Assembly (NCBI GenBank): GCA_021811325.1
Contig: JAJZPE010000003.1
Coordinates: forward strand, 2,054-66,053
Origin: Bacillota bacterium
GTDB lineage: Bacteria; Bacillota; Sulfobacillia; JAJYWN01; JAJZPE01
Reading direction: 5' to 3'
DNA: 64,000 nt
In this document: in pieces, positions 56,050-64,000 of the stretch
Position numbering within the stretch: position 1 is the first letter of the stretch
Layout of the letters: each line of letters begins with the position of its first letter
Translations under genes and position numbers: made by a program
The notes under the pieces: generated by a model
Databases searched by the model: none
What the model saw: the letters and a program-made list of their open reading frames with translations, nothing else
Told to the model about the DNA's origin: nothing

Positions 56050-56808
56050 GTGCGCTTCTGGCAACGCCGGGGGGTCCGCCGGTGGGTCGTCCTCGGGATC
56101 ATCGCTGCGCCCATCGTGGCGGCGGCCCTGGTGGGCTATTACCGGTGGTGGGCCGGCCAGGTCAACCAGGCCCTCAGCCGGACCGTGGCCGGGCGGAGGG
56201 TCCTGGTTGACCCGGGCCACGGAGGAATCGATCCCGGGGTCATCCGGGGCGACCTCCTCGAGAAGGACATCAACCTGGCCATTTCGCTGGAGCTGAAGAA
56301 ACTGCTGCAAGAGGCCGGGATGACGGTCTTGCTGACCCGGGAGACCGACATCGACCTGTGTTACTCCAAGGAAGAAGAGGAAACCGGGCGGCGGAAGAAG
56401 CTGGACCTCAGGAGCCGGGTAGCCCTGACCGAGACCTTCGGGGCCGAGATCTACCTGGGCATCCACACCAACGCGTCGACCATCGCCGGGTGCAAGGGGC
56501 CGCAGACCTTCTATCGCAGCGCCTCAAACCCCGACGGCGGCCGTCTGGCCGCCCTGATCCAGGAGGAACTGAGCAAGGTCAGTCCCACCGTCCGCCAGGC
56601 GGCGGACGTCAACAACCAGTTCATGCTGAAGACCCTCAAGATCCCGGCCGTCACCGTCGAGGTCGGTTTCCTCAGCAACGGGCAGGACGCGGCCAAGCTG
56701 GTCCGGCCCGCGGTCCAACGCCGGCTGGCCTGGGCGATCTTCACCGGGACGGTCCGGTTCTTCGCCGAGGTGCCCGAGGAACAGCCGGCCCCCGGGAACG
56801 GGCGCTGA
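56050..56808 (+). CDS. cwlD: Germination-specific N-acetylmuramoyl-L-alanine amidase CwlD-like (GTG start; ORF track frame starts at 55939)
   Basis: N-terminal membrane anchor, Amidase_3 motifs (VLVDPGHGGIDPG, IYLGIHTNAS, VEVGFLSNGQDA). Conserved position after rpsI as in Bacillus. Confidence 0.8.
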   Translation: MRFWQRRGVRRWVVLGIIAAPIVAAALVGYYRWWAGQVNQALSRTVAGRRVLVDPGHGGIDPGVIRGDLLEKDINLAISLELKKLLQEAGMTVLLTRETDIDLCYSKEEEETGRRKKLDLRSRVALTETFGAEIYLGIHTNASTIAGCKGPQTFYRSASNPDGGRLAALIQEELSKVSPTVRQAADVNNQFMLKTLKIPAVTVEVGFLSNGQDAAKLVRPAVQRRLAWAIFTGTVRFFAEVPEEQPAPGNGR

Positions 56809-56934
56809 CGGTCGCGGCTTCCCGGACATGCCGGGCCCGTGGCTCATGGACGGCCGTGGGACGAGCCGTATTAGTCCGCACCGCCGGGCAAGACTAGGAC
56901 TGGAAGACTTTCCAGGTGGCAGGAGAAGACCGGC

Positions 56935-56950
56935 TATACAAGAATGTATA
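56935..56950 (+). promoter_or_regulatory. Perfect 6-4-6 palindrome TATACAagaaTGTATA about 25 nt upstream of the ord start (candidate operator, may overlap the -10)
   Basis: Read directly. Lies in the only AT-rich patch of the cwlD-ord intergenic region. Confidence 0.3.
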
Positions 56951-56972
56951 AAGACAGAAGGGGGCAGGAAAC

Positions 56973-58022
56973 GTGGCCGAAATCAGGGTCATCCACTGGG
57001 GCCTGGGGGCCATGGGCGGCGGCATGGTCCGCCTGGTGGCTCAGAAGCGCGGGCTCAGGAGCGTCGGGGCCGTTGCCAAGACGCCGCAGAAGGTCGGCCG
57101 GGACCTCGGCGAGGTCACCGGGTTGGACCGGAAGCTCGGGGTGAAGGTCTCGGGCGACGTCACCGAAGCCGTGGCGGCCGCCGGCGACGACGCCGACCTC
57201 GTGCTCCTGTCGACGGCCTCGTTCACCCGTGAGGTCTATCCGCAGATCATCGAAGCCATCGAAGCCGGACTCAACGTCATCACCATCGCCGAAGAGATGG
57301 CCTACCCGAGCCTCCGCGAGCCACAACTGGCCAGGAAGATCGATGAGCTGGCGAGGAAGAAGGGGGTCACCGTCCTCGGCACCGGGATCAACCCCGGGTT
57401 CATCCTCGACCTCCTGATCATCGCCCTGACCGGGGCCTGCCTGGAGGTCAAGCGCATCCGGGCGGCGCGGATCAACGACCTATCGCCGTTCGGCCCGATG
57501 GTCATGAAGACCCAGGGTGTCGGGACCACCCCGGAAGAGTTCAAACGCGGCCTGGAGAACGGGACCATCGTCGGCCACATCGGCTTCCCCGAGTCAATGA
57601 CGATGATCGCCGAGGCCATCGGCTGGGAGCTGGACCGGATCGAGCAGGAGCGCGAGCCGATCATCTCCAAGGTCCACCGGGAGACACCCCACGTCAAGGT
57701 CGAACCGGGGATGGTGGCCGGCTGCCGTCACATCGGGCGCGGCTTCATGGACGGCCGCGAGGTTATCACCCTGGAGCACCCCCAGCAGGTCCACCCCGAC
57801 CTCGAGGGCGTGGAGACCGGGGACTACATCTGGGTCGAGGGGACGCCCGACCTGAACTTCGCCAACAAGCCGGAGATCCCGGGCGGGCTGGGGACCATCG
57901 CCTTGGCCGTGAACATGATCCCGGCGGTGATGGCCGCCGAGCCAGGCCTGGTGACCATGGCCGACCTGCCGGCACCTCGGGCCATCATGGGCGACCTGAG
58001 CCGGGCCGGCGGGCGGCGCTGA
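56973..58022 (+). CDS. ord: 2,4-diaminopentanoate dehydrogenase (Ord)-like NAD(P)-dependent dehydrogenase, DapB-like fold (GTG start)
   Basis: N-terminal Rossmann motif IHWGLGAMG. Size of about 349 aa and position at the head of the ortAB-oraSE cluster. RBS AGAAGGGGG. Confidence 0.75.
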   Translation: MAEIRVIHWGLGAMGGGMVRLVAQKRGLRSVGAVAKTPQKVGRDLGEVTGLDRKLGVKVSGDVTEAVAAAGDDADLVLLSTASFTREVYPQIIEAIEAGLNVITIAEEMAYPSLREPQLARKIDELARKKGVTVLGTGINPGFILDLLIIALTGACLEVKRIRAARINDLSPFGPMVMKTQGVGTTPEEFKRGLENGTIVGHIGFPESMTMIAEAIGWELDRIEQEREPIISKVHRETPHVKVEPGMVAGCRHIGRGFMDGREVITLEHPQQVHPDLEGVETGDYIWVEGTPDLNFANKPEIPGGLGTIALAVNMIPAVMAAEPGLVTMADLPAPRAIMGDLSRAGGRR

Positions 58023-58061
58023 GGGCCGCCCTGAACCGGGACGAGCTGGGGAGGAGAGACG

Positions 58062-58400
58062 ATGGAAGAGACCGTGAAGAAAGGGTCGTGGGTGCAGGTC
58101 CACCGGGTCATCCTGCCGGCGGGCAAACGCGCCCCGCAGGTCCCGGAGGAGACCCAGCGGGTGCCCCTGGAGCTATGGGCGAAGGGCTTTCTCCAGCGGG
58201 ACGCCCATCTCGGGGAAGAGGTCACCGTCCGGACGGTCATCGGCCGCGAGATCACCGGGACGCTGGTCGCCGTCAACCCGCCTTATCGGCACACCTTCGG
58301 GGCGCCGGTGCCCGAGCTCCTGACCATCGGGCAGGAACTCCGCGAACTCCTCGCCCAGCCAAGGGCCAGGCGGGGCGGAGCGGCGGGAGGTGACGCCTGA
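58062..58400 (+). CDS. ortA: 2-amino-4-ketopentanoate thiolase alpha subunit (OrtA)
   Basis: KKGSWVQVHRVILPAGKRAPQVPEETQRVPLELWAKGF ... VNPPYRHTFGAPVPELLTIG matches OrtA of Clostridium sticklandii from memory. Confidence 0.85.
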   Translation: MEETVKKGSWVQVHRVILPAGKRAPQVPEETQRVPLELWAKGFLQRDAHLGEEVTVRTVIGREITGTLVAVNPPYRHTFGAPVPELLTIGQELRELLAQPRARRGGAAGGDA

Positions 58401-59827
58401 TGGCCGGCCGGGACATCAGTTACGAGGCGGTCATGGCCCGCCGCAGCGAGATCATGAAGCGGGCCGTGGGCATCGACTACAGCCGCTTCGCCCAGGGGCC
58501 CCTGGCCTTCGACTACGAGCGGATGATGGCCGAGGTCGGTTATAGCCTGGACGAGATCCGGACCATCCAGGAGGCCAACAGCGTCGGCCATACCCCGCTG
58601 ATCGAACTGAAGAACGTCACCGCGGCGGTCAGGCGAACCGCCCCGGCGGGCAAGGGGGCCCGCATCTTCGTCAAAGATGAGGCGGCCAACCCCTCAGGCA
58701 GTTTCAAAGCCCGCCGGGCCTCGGTCTCCGTCTACCACGCCCAGGCCAGCGGGTACAAGGGGGTCATCTCGGCGACCAGCGGCAACTATGGCGCGGCGGT
58801 CGCCGCCATCGCCGCCATGCGCCGTTTGGCGGCCATCATCGTCCAGGAGGTTTTCGACAGCCGCGGGCTGGGCCAGCCGGAGATCGTCGAGAAGGGCCGG
58901 GCCTGCGAGGCCTACGGGGCTGAGGTCCTGCAACTGACCGTCGGGCCCGAGCTGTTCTACGTCTTCCTGCTGCTCCTCGAGGAGACGGGTTTCTTCAACG
59001 CCTCACTGTATACGCCGTTCAGCATCGCCGGCATCGAGACCCTCGGGGTCGAGGTGGCCGAGGACATGCAGGACCGCGAGGGCCGGAACCCGGACCTGGT
59101 GGTCATCACCCACGCCGGCGGCGGTAACGTCACCGGGACGGCCCGGGGCCTTAGGGCCGCGGGGGCCAGGGACGCCGTCGTCGTCGGGGCCAGCGTCGAC
59201 CTGTCCGGCCTGCACATGGCGTCGGACGTGGACTTCAACCGGAAGTCCTTCACCACCGGCCACACCGGCTTCGGAGTGCCCTTCGCCACCTGGCCCGACC
59301 GGGCCGACGTCCCGCGGAACGCCGCCCGGCCCCTCCGCTACCTGCACCGCTACGTGACGATGACCCAGGGTGAGGTGTTCTACGTCACCGAGATGCTGGC
59401 TCAGCTCGAGGGGCTCGAGCGCGGGCCGGCCGGGAACACCTCCCTGGCGGCCGCGGTCGCCCTGGCCCGGGGGATGGACGAGGACCAGACCGTCGTCGTC
59501 CAGGAGACCGAGTACACGGGGGCCGGCAAGCACCCCACCGCCCAGCTGACCTTCGCCCGCCAGAACGGCGTCGAGGTACGGCGCGGCGACCCGCGCGAGA
59601 ACGTGCCGGGGAAGCGCATCGTCATCCCCGAAACCCTGGACCAGATTCGGGCCCAGGAGGTCGACCTCGACCGGCTGCGCCGGTCGTACATCCGCAACGC
59701 CATCGAGAACACCGGCCTCAAGCGGGTCGACCCGACCGAGTTGCAGTTCCTCATGGACGAGACCAACGCGCCGAAGGACTTTGTCGTCAAGGCTCTGACC
59801 GACCTCGGCGTGGCGGTGGCCGGCTGA
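58400..59827 (+). CDS. ortB: 2-amino-4-ketopentanoate thiolase beta subunit (OrtB), PLP-dependent
   Basis: PLP fold-type II motifs (PSGSFKARRA; SGNYGAAVA). 475 aa. Start overlaps the ortA stop. Confidence 0.85.
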   Translation: MAGRDISYEAVMARRSEIMKRAVGIDYSRFAQGPLAFDYERMMAEVGYSLDEIRTIQEANSVGHTPLIELKNVTAAVRRTAPAGKGARIFVKDEAANPSGSFKARRASVSVYHAQASGYKGVISATSGNYGAAVAAIAAMRRLAAIIVQEVFDSRGLGQPEIVEKGRACEAYGAEVLQLTVGPELFYVFLLLLEETGFFNASLYTPFSIAGIETLGVEVAEDMQDREGRNPDLVVITHAGGGNVTGTARGLRAAGARDAVVVGASVDLSGLHMASDVDFNRKSFTTGHTGFGVPFATWPDRADVPRNAARPLRYLHRYVTMTQGEVFYVTEMLAQLEGLERGPAGNTSLAAAVALARGMDEDQTVVVQETEYTGAGKHPTAQLTFARQNGVEVRRGDPRENVPGKRIVIPETLDQIRAQEVDLDRLRRSYIRNAIENTGLKRVDPTELQFLMDETNAPKDFVVKALTDLGVAVAG

Positions 59828-59840
59828 CAGGGGGTGCCCC

Positions 59841-60209
59841 ATGCAACGTAAAGATGACTTTGCCGCCCGGCGCCGGAAGATCGCCGGGCTGTCCGATGAA
59901 GAACTCGAACGCCGCTTCTGGGACTTGACCGCCAGGGTCGTCGACCCCCTGATCGACCTGGCTCGGGGTTATACGTCGCCGTCCATCGAACGCTCCGTGC
60001 TGATGCGAATGGGTTTTCCGGGGCCCGAAGCCAAGGCCATCGTGGACCAGTGCCTGGAGCGCCGGCTGCTCGGCAAGGGGGCCGGCCACGTGGTCTGGAA
60101 GCTGGCCCAGAGCCGCGGGATGGACATCGGCGAGACGGGCAAGGCCCTGGCCGAGGGGCGCTACTGGGACGAGGCGGTCCGGCTCTTCCCGGCCGCCGCC
60201 GGGAGGTGA
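59841..60209 (+). CDS. oraS: D-ornithine 4,5-aminomutase subunit alpha (OraS)
   Basis: DDFAARRRKIAGLSDEELERRFWDL ... SPSIERSVLMRMGF ... GKGAGHVVWKLA close to OraS. Confidence 0.85.
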   Translation: MQRKDDFAARRRKIAGLSDEELERRFWDLTARVVDPLIDLARGYTSPSIERSVLMRMGFPGPEAKAIVDQCLERRLLGKGAGHVVWKLAQSRGMDIGETGKALAEGRYWDEAVRLFPAAAGR

Positions 60210-60214
60210 GGCTG

Positions 60215-62530
60215 GTGACCGACCGCCAATTCCACCGGCCGCGCCCCGGCCGGGACGCGCACCCCGGGCTTCACGGGCCCCTCGACGCGCAGAAGAAGCT
60301 CGACATCGACGAGATCCTCCGCGACCTCGCCGACTACCGGCCGCGCCGCCACGGCTGGCACTGGCGCGAGCAGCCTCGCGGTGGGGCGCTGGCCATGGGA
60401 CCCTTCGAGTACCACGAAGTATCCGAGCCCCTCGACCGGAGCGTCCCCCTGCCGGCGGCGAAGTCCTTCGGGAACATCGATCCGCAGCCCGACTCGGTGA
60501 TCACCACCGAGATCGCCTCGGGCCGCTTCGAGGACGACCTCCGGCGGATGCGGATGGCCGCCTGGCACGGGGCCGACCACATCATGGTCATCCGGACGGC
60601 TGGCCAGAGCCACTTCGACGGGCTCATCGAGGGGACGCCCGAGGGCGTCGGCGGCGTGCCCATCACCCGCAAGCAACTGCGGGCCACGCGCAAGGCCCTC
60701 GACCTGATCGAGGACGAGGTCGGCCGGCCGATCAACTTCCACTCCTACGTCAGTGGTGTGGCCGGACCGGAGATGGCCGTCCTCTTTGCCGAGGAAGGGG
60801 TCAACGGGGCCCATCAGGACCCGCAGTACAACGTGCTCTACCGGAACGTCAACATGCTCCGCTCGTTCGTCGATGCGGCGGTGGCCAAGAAGGTCATGGC
60901 CTGCCGAAAGATGCTACAGATCGACGGGGCCCACAACGCCAACGCCACGGCCCGCCAGGCCTGGAAGGTGATGCCCGAGTTGATCGTCCAGCACGCCATC
61001 AACTCGATGTTCTCGGTGAAGGTCGGGATGGACAAAGACTACATCGCCCTGTCGACCGTCCCGCCGACGGCCCCGCCGGCTCCCTCGATGCGCCTCGACC
61101 TGCCCTACGCGGTAGCCCTGCGCCAGCTGTTCAAGGGCTACCGGTTCCGGGCCCAGATGAACACGCGCTACATCGAGTCGGACACCCGCGAGGCCACCGT
61201 CACCCACGTCCTCAACCTGCTCATCAGCCGGCTCACCTCGGCCGACGTCCAGAGCACGATCACCCCGGACGAGGGCCGCAACGTCCCCTGGCATTACCAC
61301 AGCATCGCCGCCGTCGACACGGCCAAGCAGGCCATGGACGGCCTTGACGGCCTGACCGAGATGGTCGGCCTGAAGTTCGACGGGCCCCTCGGGGTCCAGG
61401 TGCGAGAGCTGAAGGAGCGGGCCGTCCTCTTCATGGAGGAGATCCTGGACATCGGCGGCTACTTCAAGGCCGTCGAGGAAGGGTTCTTCGTCGACTCGGG
61501 GTTCTACCCCGAGCGCAAGGGTGACGGCATCGTCCGCTCGATGACCGGCGGGGTCGGGGTCGGGACCATCGTCCCGCGCGACCCGGACTACATGGCCCCG
61601 GTCTGCGAGCACTTCGGCTACAACCGCCTGCCCGCCGACCAGGCGGCCAAAGTCGAGCGGGGGGAGGTCCGGCCGTGTGACCTCATCGGCGGCTGCACCC
61701 TCCACGACCCGGCCAAGATCCCCTTCGTCGACGAGCTGGACGAGCGGGACAACGTCGTCGTCCGCCTCGACGAGCGGCGGGAGCACCGCGAGAAGGGCCT
61801 CCTGCGGCCGGAGGTGCAGTGGTACGCCGACGGCGTCGCCACCCTGACCCTCTTCCTGCCCGCGCCGTCGGAGGTGGCCGAGTCCGCCGCCCTGGAGTTC
61901 GCGAAGAAGCTCGGAATGAGAGACCCAGAGGTCATCCACCGCGGGGTCATGCACCCCTCTGAGGGCTCCCTGGTCGAGGTCAAGGGCTTCGTCGACTTCG
62001 ACATCGACCCGAAAAAGCTGGTCATCCCGAAAAAGCCGAAGCCCTTTTCGGACGACGAGATCCGGGCCGAGTTCGCTGCCCGGCCGGTCTCGGTGGTGGC
62101 GGCCACGGTCGGCCAGGACGAGCACTCGGTGGGCATGCGCGAGATCATCGACATCAAGCACGGCGGCCTCGAGAAATATGGGGTCAAGGCCTACTACCTC
62201 GGGACGTCGGTGCCCGTCGAGAAGGTCGTCGATGGGGCCGTGGAGACCAACTCCGAGGCCATCCTGGTGAGCACGATCATCACCCACGCCGACATCCACC
62301 GGGTGAACATGAGGCGCCTCAGCGACCTGTGCGTCGAGAAGGGCATCCGCGACCGGGTCATCCTCATCGCCGGCGGGACCCAGGTGACCGACGAGACCGC
62401 CCGGGAATGCGGGCTCGACGCCGGCTTCGGGCGCGGGACCAAGGGGCACGACGTGGCCAGCTTCATCATCCGCCACCGGAGGGAAAAGGGCGGGGAGAGC
62501 CGTGGCGGGAGCGGCGGGGAGGACCGATGA
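60215..62530 (+). CDS. oraE: D-ornithine 4,5-aminomutase subunit beta (OraE), PLP- and adenosylcobalamin-dependent (GTG start; ORF track frame begins at 60050 overlapping oraS)
   Basis: Strong identity to OraE through TIM-barrel region (ITTEIASGRFEDDLRRMRMAAWHGADHIMVIRTAGQSH). C-terminal B12-binding DxHxxG (QDEHSVGMREI). GGAGG lies 8 nt before the GTG at 60215. Confidence 0.85.
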   Translation: MTDRQFHRPRPGRDAHPGLHGPLDAQKKLDIDEILRDLADYRPRRHGWHWREQPRGGALAMGPFEYHEVSEPLDRSVPLPAAKSFGNIDPQPDSVITTEIASGRFEDDLRRMRMAAWHGADHIMVIRTAGQSHFDGLIEGTPEGVGGVPITRKQLRATRKALDLIEDEVGRPINFHSYVSGVAGPEMAVLFAEEGVNGAHQDPQYNVLYRNVNMLRSFVDAAVAKKVMACRKMLQIDGAHNANATARQAWKVMPELIVQHAINSMFSVKVGMDKDYIALSTVPPTAPPAPSMRLDLPYAVALRQLFKGYRFRAQMNTRYIESDTREATVTHVLNLLISRLTSADVQSTITPDEGRNVPWHYHSIAAVDTAKQAMDGLDGLTEMVGLKFDGPLGVQVRELKERAVLFMEEILDIGGYFKAVEEGFFVDSGFYPERKGDGIVRSMTGGVGVGTIVPRDPDYMAPVCEHFGYNRLPADQAAKVERGEVRPCDLIGGCTLHDPAKIPFVDELDERDNVVVRLDERREHREKGLLRPEVQWYADGVATLTLFLPAPSEVAESAALEFAKKLGMRDPEVIHRGVMHPSEGSLVEVKGFVDFDIDPKKLVIPKKPKPFSDDEIRAEFAARPVSVVAATVGQDEHSVGMREIIDIKHGGLEKYGVKAYYLGTSVPVEKVVDGAVETNSEAILVSTIITHADIHRVNMRRLSDLCVEKGIRDRVILIAGGTQVTDETARECGLDAGFGRGTKGHDVASFIIRHRREKGGESRGGSGGEDR

Positions 62531-63939
62531 ACGCCGTGGTCGACCTCCTGGTGGCCGAGATCGGCAGCACCACGACCAAGGTCAACGCCTTCCTCCTGGG
62601 GCGCGGCGGCACGGGCGAAAGCGGCGCGGGCGGAAACGGCGCGGAGGCGGATCCCGTCGGCGCCTTCGTCGGTCAGGGCCGCGCGCCCACTTCGGTCCTC
62701 CAGGGAGATGTCAACGCCGGGCTTCGCGGGGCCATCGAGGACCTCCGGGACCAGCTCGGGGGCGAGGTCACCTGGCGCCGGATGATGGCCAGCTCGAGCG
62801 CGGCTGGGGGGCTCCGGATGACCGTCCACGGGCTGGCCCGCGACATGACCGTCAAGGCCGCCCGTGAGGCGGCCCTCGGGGCCGGGGCCATCCTCCGCTT
62901 CGTCAGCGCCGGCGACCTTACGGACAGCGACCTGGCCACCGTCCGCCAGATCAGCCCGAACATCGTCCTCCTGGCCGGCGGGGTGGATTACGGCGAGCGG
63001 GCCACCGTCGTCGCCAACGCCAGACGCCTGGCCGCCCTGGGCCTGCCGGCTCCGGTCATCTATGCCGGAAACGCGGCCGCCACGGACGAGGTTACCGGCA
63101 TCCTCACGTCGGCCGGGATCAAGGTCTATCCGGTTGACAACGTCTACCCTCGAATCGATGACCTGGTCATCGAGCCGACCCGGCGGGTCATCCAGAGGGT
63201 CTTCGAGGAACACATCGTCGGGGCGCCGGGGATGGACCGCGTCCGGGAACTGGTCGACGGGCCGATCATCCCCACCCCGGGGGCGGTCATGAACATGACC
63301 GTCCTGCTCCGCGGGGCCATCGGCGACCTGGTCGCGGTTGACGTCGGCGGGGCGACCACCGACGTCCATTCGGTCACCGAGGGCTCGGAGGAGATTACGC
63401 GGATGCTCGTGGCGCCTGAGCCGCTGGCCAAGCGGACGGTCGAGGGCGACCTCGGGGTGTTCGTCAACGCGGCCAACGTCATCGACCTCATCGGCCCGTC
63501 CGGGCTGGCCGCCGAGCTCGGCGTGCCCGAGGCGGATCTGGTCGGGTTGGCCAGGCCGCTCCCCCGGACGGACCTGGAAAGCGCCTTCTCGGCCCGCCTG
63601 ACCCGCGAGGCCGTGCGGACCGGCCTCTTGCGGCACGCCGGCCGCATCCGTTACCTCTATGGACCCACCGGCCGGACGACCATCAGCGAGGGTAAGGACC
63701 TGACCGCGGTCAGATGGCTCATCGGCACCGGCGGCGCCCTGACCCGCCTGCCCGGCGGGGAGGAGGCGCTGGCGGATATGCGCCTCGGCGAACGTGCGCG
63801 TGAGCTCCTCCCGGGCCGCGAGGCCTCCGTCGCTCTCGACCGCGACTACATCATGGCCTCCTGCGGGGTGATGTCCGTCGAGCACCCGCAGGAAGCCGTG
63901 GCCCTGATGACGAAGAGTCTAGGGGTGAAGCCAAGCTAG
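62527..63939 (+). CDS. GlmL/MutL-family protein, putative B12-mutase reactivase/chaperone of the ornithine cluster (ATG overlapping the oraE stop as ATGA)
   Basis: N-terminus MNAVVDLLVAEIGSTTTKVNAF resembles the actin-like ATPase motif of glutamate mutase GlmL. Conserved position between oraE and orr. Confidence 0.7.
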   Translation: MNAVVDLLVAEIGSTTTKVNAFLLGRGGTGESGAGGNGAEADPVGAFVGQGRAPTSVLQGDVNAGLRGAIEDLRDQLGGEVTWRRMMASSSAAGGLRMTVHGLARDMTVKAAREAALGAGAILRFVSAGDLTDSDLATVRQISPNIVLLAGGVDYGERATVVANARRLAALGLPAPVIYAGNAAATDEVTGILTSAGIKVYPVDNVYPRIDDLVIEPTRRVIQRVFEEHIVGAPGMDRVRELVDGPIIPTPGAVMNMTVLLRGAIGDLVAVDVGGATTDVHSVTEGSEEITRMLVAPEPLAKRTVEGDLGVFVNAANVIDLIGPSGLAAELGVPEADLVGLARPLPRTDLESAFSARLTREAVRTGLLRHAGRIRYLYGPTGRTTISEGKDLTAVRWLIGTGGALTRLPGGEEALADMRLGERARELLPGREASVALDRDYIMASCGVMSVEHPQEAVALMTKSLGVKPS

Positions 63940-63958
63940 CCAAGGAGGCGCAAGGACC

Positions 63959-64000
63959 TTGCCCGCTCCGACCCCACGCGTCGAGATCGACCTCGGCAAG
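63959..64000 (+). CDS. orr: Probable ornithine racemase (alanine racemase fold), N-terminal 14 codons only
   Basis: AAGGAGG then TTG, LPAPTPRVEIDLGK resembles alanine-racemase-family N-termini. Expected final gene of the cluster. Truncated by the window end. Confidence 0.35.
   Translation, partial: MPAPTPRVEIDLGK

Noticed and set aside
56900-56930. Sigma-54 promoter upstream of ord (TGGCAGG present).
   Set aside because: No GC/TTGC element at the proper -12 spacing.
60050-60214. N-terminal 55 codons of the ORF-track oraE frame (MPGAPAARQ...), overlapping oraS in another frame.
   Set aside because: No RBS. Similarity to OraE begins only after the GTG at 60215, which has GGAGG 8 nt upstream. 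A 160-nt out-of-frame overlap with oraS is implausible.

Overview
High-GC (about 68%) chromosome segment with Firmicutes-type gene order; Symbiobacterium, Thermaerobacter or Limnochordia-like organisms are possible sources. Almost everything is on the + strand.

From the 5' end: the tail of the stress/DNA-integrity operon (mcsB partial, clpC, radA, disA); a small minus-strand island (Cys-rich hypothetical protein plus tRNA-Ala(CGC), each with its own promoter and terminator); an orphan promoter-sORF-terminator unit followed by an rsgA N-terminal fragment; then carD, yacL, an ispD-ispF fusion, an RlpA-like secreted protein, T-box-regulated cysS, mrnC, thyX, rlmB, a VanW/G5 protein, sigH, a tRNA operon (Thr-Tyr-fMet-Thr), rpmG, tRNA-Trp, secE-nusG-rplK-rplA, the L10 leader with rplJ-rplL, rpoB-rpoC, ybxF-rpsL-rpsG-fusA-tuf, the complete S10/spc/alpha ribosomal clusters through rplQ, ecfA1-ecfA2-ecfT, truA, rplM-rpsI and cwlD.

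The last 7 kb encode a complete ornithine oxidative-degradation (Stickland) operon: ord-ortA-ortB-oraS-oraE, a GlmL/MutL-like putative reactivase, and the start of a probable ornithine racemase.

Noteworthy items: RpoB carries a roughly 330-aa acidic then Lys/Ala/Pro-rich histone-H1/AlgP-like C-terminal extension that contains 15-nt tandem repeats; L22 and S5 also have low-complexity extensions; EF-Tu carries a Cys4 insertion; L24 has a C-terminal zinc ribbon (L33, L36 and S14 are also Zn-ribbon forms). No CRISPR array, IS element or prophage signal was found. Coordinates of small features were read by eye and could be off by 1-2 nt.
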